Positions 1-9,609 of a stretch of 64,000 nucleotides of DNA are shown piece after piece (the stretch's first letter is position 1; each line of letters opens with the position of its first letter). The position numbers and the translations under genes were made by a program. The notes under the pieces were generated by a model. The model was not told where the DNA came from. It saw nothing but the letters and a program-made list of their open reading frames with translations, and searched no databases. The stretch is from an uncultured Candidatus Pelagibacter sp. Lineage in GTDB: Bacteria > Pseudomonadota > Alphaproteobacteria > Pelagibacterales > Pelagibacteraceae. The stretch is from contig CAJQTO010000020.1 of the NCBI GenBank assembly GCA_905620465.1, forward strand, positions 6,275 through 70,274. The letters run 5' to 3'.

Positions 1-874
1 TAATTGTGACAACTCCTATAAATGTTCTCAATGTTGGAATATTATCAAATAGAATAAAGCCCGTTAATATAGACCAAATAATTAAGGAGTATTCATAAAT
101 AGAAATAACAGATGGTGATGCAATACTGTAGGCATTGAAAACAAAATAAAATGAAAAAGTAGCAACAGTACCCATCGCAATAATAAATGGCACACTGAAT
201 GATGGGTTGGTACCCCATGCTCTAAAAATAAATTGATATGTGGGGTCACTAAAATTATTAAATTGACCCTTACCTGCAAATATAAAAAATAAAATACTAA
301 TTATTATTGCCCCAAAGTACAGGTGTATCATTTGAGTATAAACATTATCTTTATCTGATGTAACTTTTGTTATGGTCATTGAAATTGAATAAAATAAAGC
401 ACAGATAACTGGTGCTAGTTTCATGTAATTAAAATTATTAAAGTCAGGATTTAAAACAATAAATACACCAATAAATCCTATAAAAATTGCAGACCACCTC
501 CTAATACCAACTTTTTCTTTTAAAATTATTGTTGCTAAAATTGAAATAAAAAAAGGACTAGAAAAAAATAATGCATTTGCTTCAGCAAGAGACATGTAAG
601 TTAGAGAAATATAAAAAAAACTAAATCCAAAAAAGAAACAAATAACTCTTAAAACTGTTAAATATGGATAATGTGTTTTTAAAATTATTTTTTGCTTTGA
701 AAATTTTAGGTAACAAGTTAATAAAATTAATGCTGTAAAAGTTCTTCCAAAATATAATTCATATAAAGCAACTTCTTCATAAACAAATTTTATTAAAGCA
801 TCTTGTATAGAAAACAAAGCCATTCCCATTAAAATGAAAAGAATACCTTTGGAATTATTTTGAGTTTGTGTCAT
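1..874 (-). CDS. DMT/EamA-family transporter, partial (3' end runs off the window; not in the ORF track)
   Basis: Manual translation from the ATG at 874, which overlaps the upstream stop in ATGA, gives MTQTQNNSKGILFILMGMALFSIQDALIK..., a hydrophobic multi-TM protein with an EamA-like N-terminus. Confidence 0.8.
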   Translation of the reverse strand, partial: MTQTQNNSKGILFILMGMALFSIQDALIKFVYEEVALYELYFGRTFTALILLTCYLKFSKQKIILKTHYPYLTVLRVICFFFGFSFFYISLTYMSLAEANALFFSSPFFISILATIILKEKVGIRRWSAIFIGFIGVFIVLNPDFNNFNYMKLAPVICALFYSISMTITKVTSDKDNVYTQMIHLYFGAIIISILFFIFAGKGQFNNFSDPTYQFIFRAWGTNPSFSVPFIIAMGTVATFSFYFVFNAYSIASPSVISIYEYSLIIWSILTGFILFDNIPTLRTFIGVVTI

Positions 875-2454
875 GAGTTAAGAATAAACTCTGATGCTCT
901 TTCAGCAATCATAATAGTAGGTGCATTTAAGTTACCACTAGTAATTTCAGGCATAACAGAAGCATCAACTATTCTTAAATTTTCAATGCCATATACTTTA
1001 AGTTTTTCATCAACAACTGCCATATCATCAATTCCCATTTTAAGTGTACAAGAAGGGTGGTATGCTGTTTCTGCTTTAGACCTAATATAGTCTTCATACA
1101 ATTCATGTGTTTGAATATCCGATCCAGGACCAGTTTCTTTTCCAGCAAAAGGTTTCATTGAATTTTGTCCAAGAATATTTCTTGCAATGCCAATAGCTTC
1201 TATTGTTTGCTTGAGATCATCTTCATGCTCAAGATAATTAAACAAAATTTTTGGATAGTCATAAGGATTTGAAGTATTTAATGTGACTGAACCTCTACTT
1301 TTGGGATGATTAGGACTCGCATGTAATTGATATCCATGTCTGTCAGGTTCAACTAATCCGTGATCAATTACAAAAGCTGGGAAAAAGTGAAATTGAATAT
1401 TTGGATATTTTCTTTCAGGTGAAGATTTAGCAAAGCCACCAGCTTCCAAGTAAGAAGTTGAACAGGGACCACTTTTATTTAAAAACCATTGAATTCCTAT
1501 TCTAAGCATATTGAATTTATTAACATATGAATACAAAGTGTCAGAGGTTTTACATTCTTGTTGAATATAGGTTTCAAGATGATCTTGTAGGTTTCTTCCA
1601 ACTCCTTGAAGGTTATGTATAATTTTAATGCCTTTTTCTTTTAAGTCTTCAGCTGGTCCTACGCCAGATAGCAAAAGTAATTGGGGAGAATTAATTGATC
1701 CACCACTTAATATCACTTCTTTGTTTACCAAAATTTTTTCTACTTTATTTTTGATCTTAACATCAATACCAATTGCTTTTTTTCCATCAAAAATAATCTT
1801 TTCTACAAATGAATCTGTATAAATTGTTAGATTTTTTCTATTTTTAGCAGGATTTAAATAGTGTTTAGAAACGCTTGCTCTTTCGCCCTTATCAATAGTT
1901 ACATCATACATACCAAAACCCTCTTGCTTTTTACCATTCATATCAGGGTTTTTTTCATAACCAGCCTCAGCTGCAGAATCTATAAATGCTTTAAATAAAG
2001 GGTTTTTATTTTTTGATTGATTTACAGGTAGTAAGCCTTCATTACCCCTATATTCATTCTTTCCTTCAGACCAAGTTTCAATCTTTTTAAAGTAGGGTAG
2101 AACCTTTTCATATGACCAATTTTTAAGTCCAAATGAATACCATCTTTCATAATCGTTAGGGTTACCTCTTACATAAACCATTCCATTGTGAGCAGAACAT
2201 CCACCAATCATTTTTCCCCTGGGACAAAATAGTTTTCTATTATTTAGGTATGGTTCAGGCTCAGAGTAATATTTCCAATTATATTTTGGATCATGCATTG
2301 TATAAAGAATTGCAAGTGGCATTTTTACTTTCCAAATATCACTTGGTTTACCAGCCTCAAATAAAGCTACATTAAACTGTCCATTTTCAGTTAAACGATT
2401 AGCAAGAACACATCCAGCAGATCCTCCACCAATAATAATATAATCATATTTCAT
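871..2454 (-). CDS. betA: Choline dehydrogenase (GMC oxidoreductase)
   Basis: YDYIIIGGGSAG FAD motif, RGKMIGGCSAHNGMVYVRG, AYHPSCT, DASVMP..GNLNAPT; quaternary-amine gene neighbourhood. Confidence 0.8.
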   Translation of the reverse strand: MKYDYIIIGGGSAGCVLANRLTENGQFNVALFEAGKPSDIWKVKMPLAILYTMHDPKYNWKYYSEPEPYLNNRKLFCPRGKMIGGCSAHNGMVYVRGNPNDYERWYSFGLKNWSYEKVLPYFKKIETWSEGKNEYRGNEGLLPVNQSKNKNPLFKAFIDSAAEAGYEKNPDMNGKKQEGFGMYDVTIDKGERASVSKHYLNPAKNRKNLTIYTDSFVEKIIFDGKKAIGIDVKIKNKVEKILVNKEVILSGGSINSPQLLLLSGVGPAEDLKEKGIKIIHNLQGVGRNLQDHLETYIQQECKTSDTLYSYVNKFNMLRIGIQWFLNKSGPCSTSYLEAGGFAKSSPERKYPNIQFHFFPAFVIDHGLVEPDRHGYQLHASPNHPKSRGSVTLNTSNPYDYPKILFNYLEHEDDLKQTIEAIGIARNILGQNSMKPFAGKETGPGSDIQTHELYEDYIRSKAETAYHPSCTLKMGIDDMAVVDEKLKVYGIENLRIVDASVMPEITSGNLNAPTIMIAERASEFILNS

Positions 2455-2990
2455 ATAATTTTTGAAATTAGTAATTCTTTATAATCTTTAATATCTTTTA
2501 TCTTAATATTCTGCTTTTTAGCACCTTCATCGAACCTACGCAATTCAATAGCACTTCTAAAGTTTTTACTTTGTTCAAATTGTTTTGCTTCATTGTCATT
2601 CATTATACCACCTTGAAGTTTTAAGCTAGTTTTTGAAGCTTCAGATAAATCATCAAAATATTTTTTATTTCGTGCCAAATATTTTTTTGCATCAACATGT
2701 AATAAGATAGGTTCAATAATTTCATTTGAAAAATATTTTTTTAGGTAATTTGCACCAATCGTTTCGTGATTTCCATCAATGTGATCACTCACTAATTGAT
2801 TTGGGTCCTCAAGAATAAAGTGTCCATAATCATGAAGTAAACTTGAACATATCAAATCATCGGAGCATTTTTTTTTCTCTGCTAGCATGGCCGTCTGAAT
2901 CATATGTTCAGAAATTGTTAATTTTTCTCCAATGTATAAAGATTTATTATTAGAAAAATTGAATATAATTTTTTTTACTATATTCAACAT
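2451..2990 (-). CDS. HD-domain protein, PhnZ/TmpB-like (mixed-valent diiron oxygenase family)
   Basis: EHMIQTA, LLHDYGH, HETIG, HVDAKKYL and LSEASKTSLKLQGG match the PhnZ/TmpB pattern. Confidence 0.8.
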   Translation of the reverse strand: MLNIVKKIIFNFSNNKSLYIGEKLTISEHMIQTAMLAEKKKCSDDLICSSLLHDYGHFILEDPNQLVSDHIDGNHETIGANYLKKYFSNEIIEPILLHVDAKKYLARNKKYFDDLSEASKTSLKLQGGIMNDNEAKQFEQSKNFRSAIELRRFDEGAKKQNIKIKDIKDYKELLISKII

Positions 2991-2999
2991 AAATTTAAA

Positions 3000-3833
3000 T
3001 TAATGGGGCTGATCACCTTCTATGGCAATTCTATCCATTATTCTTTCATGACCCAAGCCTCTACCAGGATAAAAATCAGCTATAGCATAATGAAGAACGC
3101 TTCTATTGTCCCACATTGCAACTGCATTTTTTGTCCAATTAAATCTACATGTTAAATCTAAACGTGCCTGATGTTCAAAAATTTTTTTTAATATTTCATC
3201 ACTTTCTTTTTTTTTTAAACCAATTATTTTTTTCGTGTAAGTCCAATTTACGTACAATATTTTCTTCTCTGTTTCAGGGTGAGTTCTAACTATTGGGTGT
3301 TCATTTGAATATTCATCATAATTTCTTTTTTCATGACCTGTCATACCTTTGTAATTGTCTATAAAAAATTCTGCTCCAAGAGAACTATGAATTGCTTTTT
3401 TATCTTTTATCTTTTTTTTAATATCTTCATCAAGAGTTTCCCATGCAAGTTCCATATTTGAAAAACAAGTATCTCCACCTACTGGTGGTATTTTTACAGA
3501 TTTTAAAATTACGGCTTTAGTTGGCTTAACATTATAACTAACATCTGTATGCCAATTCTCTCCCCATTGATTTTTTTCTTCTTTAGTCTTAACAATTCTT
3601 ACTATTTCAGGGTGCTTATCTAATCCTTTAACATAAGCGTGATTTTCTAGTGGACCCCAGTTTTGAGCTAAAGCAATTTGTTCTTTGTGTGTGATATCCT
3701 GATTTCTAAAAAAAATTACTTTGTGTTCTAAAAGTAAATCATTAATTCTTTCATAATTCTCTTTTGATGAATCTTTAAGATCTATACCAGATATTTCAGC
3801 TCCGAGAGCTCCTGATAATAGTTTAACATCCAT
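3000..3833 (-). CDS. TauD/TfdA-family Fe(II)/2-oxoglutarate dioxygenase
   Basis: LGAEISGIDL, WHTDVSY (HxD), GGDTCF, HPIVRTHPET, WDNRSVLH. Confidence 0.9.
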   Translation of the reverse strand: MDVKLLSGALGAEISGIDLKDSSKENYERINDLLLEHKVIFFRNQDITHKEQIALAQNWGPLENHAYVKGLDKHPEIVRIVKTKEEKNQWGENWHTDVSYNVKPTKAVILKSVKIPPVGGDTCFSNMELAWETLDEDIKKKIKDKKAIHSSLGAEFFIDNYKGMTGHEKRNYDEYSNEHPIVRTHPETEKKILYVNWTYTKKIIGLKKKESDEILKKIFEHQARLDLTCRFNWTKNAVAMWDNRSVLHYAIADFYPGRGLGHERIMDRIAIEGDQPH

Positions 3834-3836
3834 AAA

Positions 3837-4229
3837 ATGAATATATTTCTGGAAATTTATTTTGTCAAAACATATAAAGTGTTTATGAGTTTAACACAGG
3901 TATATATTTTGTTAGCAATTTCAATAATACTAGAAATTACTGCTACAGGGTCTTTAAAAGCAACCGAAGGTTTTACAAGATGGATGCCTTCTTTGATTTC
4001 TGTTGTTGCTATAAGTGGTTGTATGTTTTTAATGTCTCACGTAATGAAAATTTTACCAGTTGGTATCACCTATGCTACATGGTCGGGTGTAGGAATTGTA
4101 TCTTTAACATTAATCGGAATTATTAAATATAAACAAGTGCCAAACCTTGCAACTATTTTTGGTCTAGTGTTAATAATTGTTGGCGTTGTAATAGTTAATG
4201 TAATGAATGATACCAAAATAGATAGTTAA
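3837..4229 (+). CDS. Small multidrug resistance (SMR) family transporter; real start probably at the second Met (MSLTQ)
   Basis: Four TM helices, conserved TM1 Glu (LEITATGSLKATEGF), PVGITYATWSGVG. Confidence 0.9.
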   Translation: MNIFLEIYFVKTYKVFMSLTQVYILLAISIILEITATGSLKATEGFTRWMPSLISVVAISGCMFLMSHVMKILPVGITYATWSGVGIVSLTLIGIIKYKQVPNLATIFGLVLIIVGVVIVNVMNDTKIDS

Positions 4230-4230
4230 T

Positions 4231-4698
4231 CTATTTTTTTAATTTATTAGAAAATTTTAAATCTTCACTGTTGAAATTGTCTTTATTCATTTTGATATAT
4301 TCATTCATTATTTTTATTTTTTCATCTTCAAAAACAGCAACGCTTCTTGTATTTAGGTCCATATAAAGAGCCAGCACCTCAGTAGTAGCAGATAAAATAT
4401 TCTTAGCTTTATCATACATTTCTAACTTATATTGTAATCTTTTATTGTCATGATCAAAATAAGTTAAAGACACATCTACTTCATCATCTTCTTTAACTTC
4501 ATTATTATAAGTAGTATGAGTCTCGACAACCATAGTACTCTTTTTCGTAGTCTTTGCTGAATGTTCACCCATTTTAAATTTTGATAAAATTACTTCTGCA
4601 CCCATATCAAATACCAAGATATAGTAAGATAAATTCATATGGTTATTGTAATCAGTCCATTCTTTAATTATTTTTTTTGTGGTAAGTAGAACTGACAT
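4231..4698 (-). CDS. Hot-dog fold thioesterase (CdhB-like, probable betainyl-CoA thioesterase)
   Basis: EWTDYNNHMNLSYY and VETHTTY motifs; carnitine catabolism genes elsewhere in the window. Confidence 0.75.
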   Translation of the reverse strand: MSVLLTTKKIIKEWTDYNNHMNLSYYILVFDMGAEVILSKFKMGEHSAKTTKKSTMVVETHTTYNNEVKEDDEVDVSLTYFDHDNKRLQYKLEMYDKAKNILSATTEVLALYMDLNTRSVAVFEDEKIKIMNEYIKMNKDNFNSEDLKFSNKLKK

Positions 4699-5339
4699 TA
4701 TAATTTTACTTCTGATAATATTTGTTCTGATAAATTTTTAATCTCTTCTACGGCATTACCTTTTTTTTGTTTTTCTACAGCTGTTTTACCCTCACCCATA
4801 GAAGAAGCATATATTTGACGATTTCCAATTATTGTATTAGTTGATAAAAGATCTAAACTTTTAATAAAATCATTTGTTTTAGTTATAAGTTTAGATCTTT
4901 GATTAGATCTATTGATTTGTATTAAAATTTTTTTATTTGCTTTTTTTGCTATATCTACAATTGCTCCTGTTGCCCAAAAATCAACATGGGAAGCTGACAT
5001 TGGAATCAAAACTAAATCTGCAGCCTCAATAGCTGGTCGTGCATCAGATTCTATTTTTGGAGGAGTATCTATAATTACAATATCATGATCTTTTTTTAAT
5101 GTTTTTGACTCATATTGAGCACCCCATAAACTAGCTGTTTTAAAAGTTAAATTATCGTCTGAATTTTTTTTTTCTGTTCGTATCATAAACCATTTCCCTA
5201 AGCTTCCTTGAGGATCGGTATCAATAATAGCAACTTTTAAGTTGTGATATTTTATAAATGCAAGAGCCAGATGTACTGCAAGAGTAGTTTTTCCTGTGCC
5301 TCCTTTTTGTTGGGAGATAGTTATAACTTTGGAAAGCAT
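4698..5339 (-). CDS. Short orphan ParA-family ATPase
   Basis: Deviant Walker A QQKGGTGKTT, IDTDPQGS, IIDTPP; no parB in the window. Confidence 0.9.
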   Translation of the reverse strand: MLSKVITISQQKGGTGKTTLAVHLALAFIKYHNLKVAIIDTDPQGSLGKWFMIRTEKKNSDDNLTFKTASLWGAQYESKTLKKDHDIVIIDTPPKIESDARPAIEAADLVLIPMSASHVDFWATGAIVDIAKKANKKILIQINRSNQRSKLITKTNDFIKSLDLLSTNTIIGNRQIYASSMGEGKTAVEKQKKGNAVEEIKNLSEQILSEVKL

Positions 5340-5613
5340 TTAAAAATAATATAATATAGTTAAGCAATATTCAGCAAAATAGATCTTTGATCCATAATAT
5401 AGATCATAATTTATAAAAAATTATTTACAGTAAAATTTTCTAAAAAGATTCTAGCAGTGATTGAATTTAATTTTTGCTTAGATATAATTTAAATTTTTTC
5501 AAAATCTAAGTTTAGCTACTTCTAAAAAATATATATATTAAAAATGAATATTTTTTCATTGATTTGTGTGACGATTGATCGTTAAATACAATTGAGAGGG
5601 AGAAAAAAGGCTA

Positions 5614-6315
5614 ATGAATAAATTATTGTTACCACAAGACATTGTTGGAGGATCTTTCTGGTTAATTTCTGTTGCAATGATTGGTGCAGCAATATTTTTT
5701 TTCCTTGAGAGAGGTCGACTGTCACCTAAATGGGGTACAGCCATGAATCTTGTTGGAGTAATAGCTCTAATGTCCTCTATACACTACTTCTATGCAAAGA
5801 ATTTGTGGATAATGAATGGTCAAGCACCTACAGCACTAAGATATATTGACTGGATCCTAACATTTCCTCTATCGATACTTACTTTTTACGTGATGCTTAA
5901 GTCAGTAACCGATGTTAAGCGAGGAATGTTCTGGAGATTGCTGGTTGGAACTCTAATTTGGGTCATCGCACAACTTTTAGGAGCTTATGGATACATGAGT
6001 GTTACCTTAGGTTTCTTGGTCGGTATCGTTGGTTGGCTTTATATTATTGGTGAACTTTATATGGGAGATGCAGGTAGAACCAATGCATCCTGCAATAATG
6101 AGAGTGTTCAAATGGCATTTTTTGCAAATAGGCTAATTATTACCATAGGGTTTTCAATTTATCATATTGGGTACTTTATTGAACATTTAGCCGGTGGAGC
6201 AAATATTAATAGTTTAAATATAATTTATAATTTGGCTGACGTATTAAATAAAATTATTTTTGGCATGATAATTTATAGCGCAGCCTTAGAAGATACTAAA
6301 AAAAAAGGAGCCTGA
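5614..6315 (+). CDS. Flotillin-associated rhodopsin (FArhodopsin; proteorhodopsin paralog, DTT motif)
   Basis: 7-TM protein. Helix C RYIDWILTFPLSILT gives D/T/T at proteorhodopsin positions 97/101/108. Helix G YNLADVLNK keeps the retinal-binding Lys. Flotillin gene starts just downstream (18-nt spacer). Confidence 0.9.
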   Translation: MNKLLLPQDIVGGSFWLISVAMIGAAIFFFLERGRLSPKWGTAMNLVGVIALMSSIHYFYAKNLWIMNGQAPTALRYIDWILTFPLSILTFYVMLKSVTDVKRGMFWRLLVGTLIWVIAQLLGAYGYMSVTLGFLVGIVGWLYIIGELYMGDAGRTNASCNNESVQMAFFANRLIITIGFSIYHIGYFIEHLAGGANINSLNIIYNLADVLNKIIFGMIIYSAALEDTKKKGA

Positions 6316-6333
6316 ATTAGGGAGGGATAACAT

Positions 6334-8313
6334 ATGACTAAAGGAGCAGACATAATAGCAGGAATAATATTAATAGCACTAGCAATAGCAATCATAGTTT
6401 ATTTATTGCATTGGCTATATAGAAGGTCATCAAAAGAAGTTTCATTTGTTCGAACAGGAATGTTTGGTGAAAAAGTTGTTATATCAGGAGGTGCTTTTGT
6501 CTTACCTATAATTCATAATATTACACAAGTTGGAATGCGTACTTTAAGTTTAAGTATAAAAAGAGCTGGTGACAAATCTTTAATTACAAAAGATAGAATG
6601 AGAGCTGAACTAGTTACAGAATTTTTCACCAAAGTACCAGCTGAAGCAAAAGCTGTTTCAACTGCAGCACAGACACTAGGAAACAGAACCCTTGATCCTG
6701 AACATTTAAAAGAAGTTGTGGCTGGTCGTTTTGCGGACGCACTTGGGGAAGTTGCAGCAAAAATGACATTGGATGAGATACAAGAAAATCGTGGACAATT
6801 TGTCAAAGAAGTTGCAAAAATTGCAAATGAGTCAATAGGTCATACAGGTTTGGCATTAGAGACAGTCTCAATGATTTCTTTAGACCAAGCACCAATTGAA
6901 ATATTTAATCCAGCAAATACATTTGATTCACAAGGTTTAACTCAATTAACTGAACAAATAGAATCTAGAAAGAAAAAGAGAAATGATATTACACAAGATA
7001 CAAAAATTTCAATTGAAAGTAAGAATTTAGAAACAATTCAAAAAGAATTAGAAATTAAAAAAAATGAAGAATTTTCTAAATATCAACAAGAAAGAGAAAT
7101 AGCCATTCAAAAAGCTACGGAAAGAACAGCGACAATAAAAGAAAAAGCTGAAAAAGAGAGAGAAGCTGAAGAATCTGAAATAAAAAATCAAGAAAAAATT
7201 GAAGTTGCAAAAATTTCTCAAAACCAAGTTATTGAAGTTGAAAAAAAATTAACAGAAACAAGACTTATTGAAGAAATTGAAAAACGAAGAAAAGAACAAA
7301 ATGAATTAGAAAAAAACTCAGCTTTTGAAATAAGACAAAAAGATTTAGAAACAGAAGTTAAAATTTTAAATTTAGATAAAGAAAGTGAATATGCTCGATT
7401 AGAAAAACAAAGAAATGTTGATATAAAACGAGCTCAAGAAAAAGCAACAATAATTAAAGAACAATCTGAAAGACAAAAAGATGCAGAGGAAGCTCAAATT
7501 ATCTCTGAACAAGAAATTAAAAATGCTAAAATTGAGCAACAGAAAAACATTGATTCACACAGAATAGAATCAGAAAAAGTTGTAAGGCTTCTAGATATAG
7601 AAAAAGTTAAGAGATTAAGTATTGAAGAACATCAAAAAAATCTTGAAATAATTAATAAATCTAAACAAGTTTTAAAATCTAAAGCAGAAGAAGAAAATAT
7701 AAGAGCTAAAGCAATAGAAGCAGAAGAAAGAGCAAATTCAGCTAGATATGTTGAGAAAGCCCAAGGTATTAAAAAAGTTGATGTAATTACTGCTGCCTCA
7801 AAAGCTGAACAGGAAAGACATACAACTATGGCAGCTAAATTAAGATATGAAATAGATGCTGCCGGTAAGGAGTCACTAAATGCTGCTGAAAACCTTAGAA
7901 GTGATGCAAGTAGAAGAAGTGCATTGCGTTTAAAACTTGCTGATAAGATTGAATCTATTATTAGAGAAAGCGTTAAACCAATGGCTAATATTGGTGAGAT
8001 TAAAATTATTGACGTTAATGGTTTACCTGGATTTAGTGGCACATCAGGAAGTTCTGGTGGTGGCACTATAGAAAGTGTTGGCACAAAAGATGGTGGTGGA
8101 AGAAGTGGAAATTTAGCAGATAACGTTGTTAGCTCTGCATTGCGTTATAGAGCACATCAACCATTCTTAGACGGTTTACTTAAAGAGATAGGAATGGCTC
8201 CTGGTGAAATAAGCAATATTAGAAATATTTTAGGTGATTATGAAAATCCTAAAAAGGACTTCCATATGAATTTTGATAAAGATCCAACTAAAGGAAGCAA
8301 AAATCCTAAATAA
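6334..8313 (+). CDS. Flotillin-like SPFH/band-7 protein (YqiK-like) with extended coiled coil
   Basis: N-terminal TM, VRTGMFGEKVVISGGAFVLPIIH, LITKDRMR, FNPANTFDSQGL, long EKQ-rich coiled coil, C-terminal IIRESVKPM..I..IKIID and LRYRA. Confidence 0.92.
   Translation: MTKGADIIAGIILIALAIAIIVYLLHWLYRRSSKEVSFVRTGMFGEKVVISGGAFVLPIIHNITQVGMRTLSLSIKRAGDKSLITKDRMRAELVTEFFTKVPAEAKAVSTAAQTLGNRTLDPEHLKEVVAGRFADALGEVAAKMTLDEIQENRGQFVKEVAKIANESIGHTGLALETVSMISLDQAPIEIFNPANTFDSQGLTQLTEQIESRKKKRNDITQDTKISIESKNLETIQKELEIKKNEEFSKYQQEREIAIQKATERTATIKEKAEKEREAEESEIKNQEKIEVAKISQNQVIEVEKKLTETRLIEEIEKRRKEQNELEKNSAFEIRQKDLETEVKILNLDKESEYARLEKQRNVDIKRAQEKATIIKEQSERQKDAEEAQIISEQEIKNAKIEQQKNIDSHRIESEKVVRLLDIEKVKRLSIEEHQKNLEIINKSKQVLKSKAEEENIRAKAIEAEERANSARYVEKAQGIKKVDVITAASKAEQERHTTMAAKLRYEIDAAGKESLNAAENLRSDASRRSALRLKLADKIESIIRESVKPMANIGEIKIIDVNGLPGFSGTSGSSGGGTIESVGTKDGGGRSGNLADNVVSSALRYRAHQPFLDGLLKEIGMAPGEISNIRNILGDYENPKKDFHMNFDKDPTKGSKNPK
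6967..7602 (+). repeat. Tandem ~106-codon internal duplication in the flotillin coiled coil
   Basis: RKKKRND..KNLET..K..EF...QERE..IQKA.E....KE..E..EAEE.EI aligns with RRKEQNE..KDLET..K..EY...KQRN..IKRA.E....KE..E..DAEE.QI at a 318-nt offset. The right boundary is approximate. Confidence 0.75.
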
Positions 8314-8331
8314 GGTTAATTAAAAAATATT

Positions 8332-8721
8332 ATGAGTAGCGATTTAGATAATTGGGCAAAAAAATATGAAGATCTTACAAATAGTGATGAAACTATTGCG
8401 GCTATGGCTAAGTATTACTCTTGTTCATTTATGTTTGATATGGAAAAAGCAAAAGTCATTATAGAAATGCATGATGGCAAAGTAAAAAATATCAATACTA
8501 AACCAGGACCTTTAGATCCATATGACTTTGCTCTTAGAGCTTCAGCAAATACCTGGAAAGAGTTTAGTCAACCCACTCCTAAACCTATGTATCATGGAAT
8601 TTGGTCTGCAAGCTTTAGAAAAGATCTAAAAATTGAAGGAAATCATTTAATATTAATGAAAAACTTAAGAAATTTTACAGTTCAATTTGAATTATTAAGA
8701 AAATCAGGAGTTCCTGTTTAA
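8332..8721 (+). CDS. SCP2 (sterol-carrier)-like small protein
   Basis: Size and pattern (beta-rich middle, DFALRASANTWKEF, LKIEGN..LMK) resemble the SCP2 fold; judged by eye. Confidence 0.6.
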   Translation: MSSDLDNWAKKYEDLTNSDETIAAMAKYYSCSFMFDMEKAKVIIEMHDGKVKNINTKPGPLDPYDFALRASANTWKEFSQPTPKPMYHGIWSASFRKDLKIEGNHLILMKNLRNFTVQFELLRKSGVPV

Positions 8722-8754
8722 AATGAAATTTTTTGAAATAAAGGATGAAATTAA

Positions 8755-9609
8755 ATGGTAAAACATCATAGTGTAGTAGGTCGTTATGTTACGATTGAAG
8801 TAGATGATTGTGAGTATAAAGTTTTTTATCTTCAAAATGGAAAAGGAATACCATTAATTTGTCAGCATACAGCAGGTTGTCACAATCATCAATGGAGAGG
8901 ACTTCTTGAAGACGAAGAAATTATCAAAAACTATAATGTAATAGCTTACGATCTACCAAGACATGGTAAATCTGACCCTCCTCATAATAAAGAATTCTGG
9001 AAAGAGGAGTATAAGTTAACTGCAGATCATTTTTGTAATTTTATAGTAAAACTTTGTGAGGCACTTGATTTAAAAAACCCAATTTTTATGGGATCTTCTT
9101 TTGGAGGTAATGTAGCTTTGCAACTAGCATTGCGTCACCCAAACAAATTTAGAGCGGTAATTCCTGTAGAAGCAGCTGACCATGCGCCAGGTTTTTACTT
9201 AGATTGGTGGAGACATCCTCATGCTAATGCAGCACAAGTTTGTGCAAGTGGAACGTGGGATTTAATGGCACCCCAATCTCCTGAAAAAGATAGATGGTTA
9301 ACATGGCATTACTATACTCAAGGTTCTGAAGCTTTTAAGGGAGATTTACATTTTTACTCAGTTGATCATGATTTAAGAAATGAATTAAAAAATATTGATG
9401 GTCACAAGTGCCCAGTTATTATGATGACAGGAACTTACGATTATCTAACACCACCTGAAGCAACAGAAAATACAGCGAGACAAATAAAAGGTGGAGTTTA
9501 TATTGAAATGCCTGATATAGGGCATTTTCCAATGAGTGAAAACCATGAATTATTCAGAGTTTATTTAATAGAAGCTTTAAAAATTATTAATGAGAGAACA
9601 AACAAATGA
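8755..9609 (+). CDS. Alpha/beta hydrolase
   Basis: YDLPRHGKS, nucleophile elbow GSSFGG, GTYD acid, IGHFP His. Confidence 0.9.
   Translation: MVKHHSVVGRYVTIEVDDCEYKVFYLQNGKGIPLICQHTAGCHNHQWRGLLEDEEIIKNYNVIAYDLPRHGKSDPPHNKEFWKEEYKLTADHFCNFIVKLCEALDLKNPIFMGSSFGGNVALQLALRHPNKFRAVIPVEAADHAPGFYLDWWRHPHANAAQVCASGTWDLMAPQSPEKDRWLTWHYYTQGSEAFKGDLHFYSVDHDLRNELKNIDGHKCPVIMMTGTYDYLTPPEATENTARQIKGGVYIEMPDIGHFPMSENHELFRVYLIEALKIINERTNK

Noticed and set aside
5614-8313. Rhodopsin plus flotillin pair as a wholly new discovery
   Set aside because: It matches the published flotillin-associated rhodopsin (FArhodopsin) arrangement. Any novelty lies in the shared motifs and organisation of the neighbouring genes.
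8251-8313. Flotillin extreme C-terminus (HMNFDKD) as another copy of the shared tail motif
   Set aside because: Only a loose [DN]F[DEN]K[DE] similarity, easily produced by chance in this composition.
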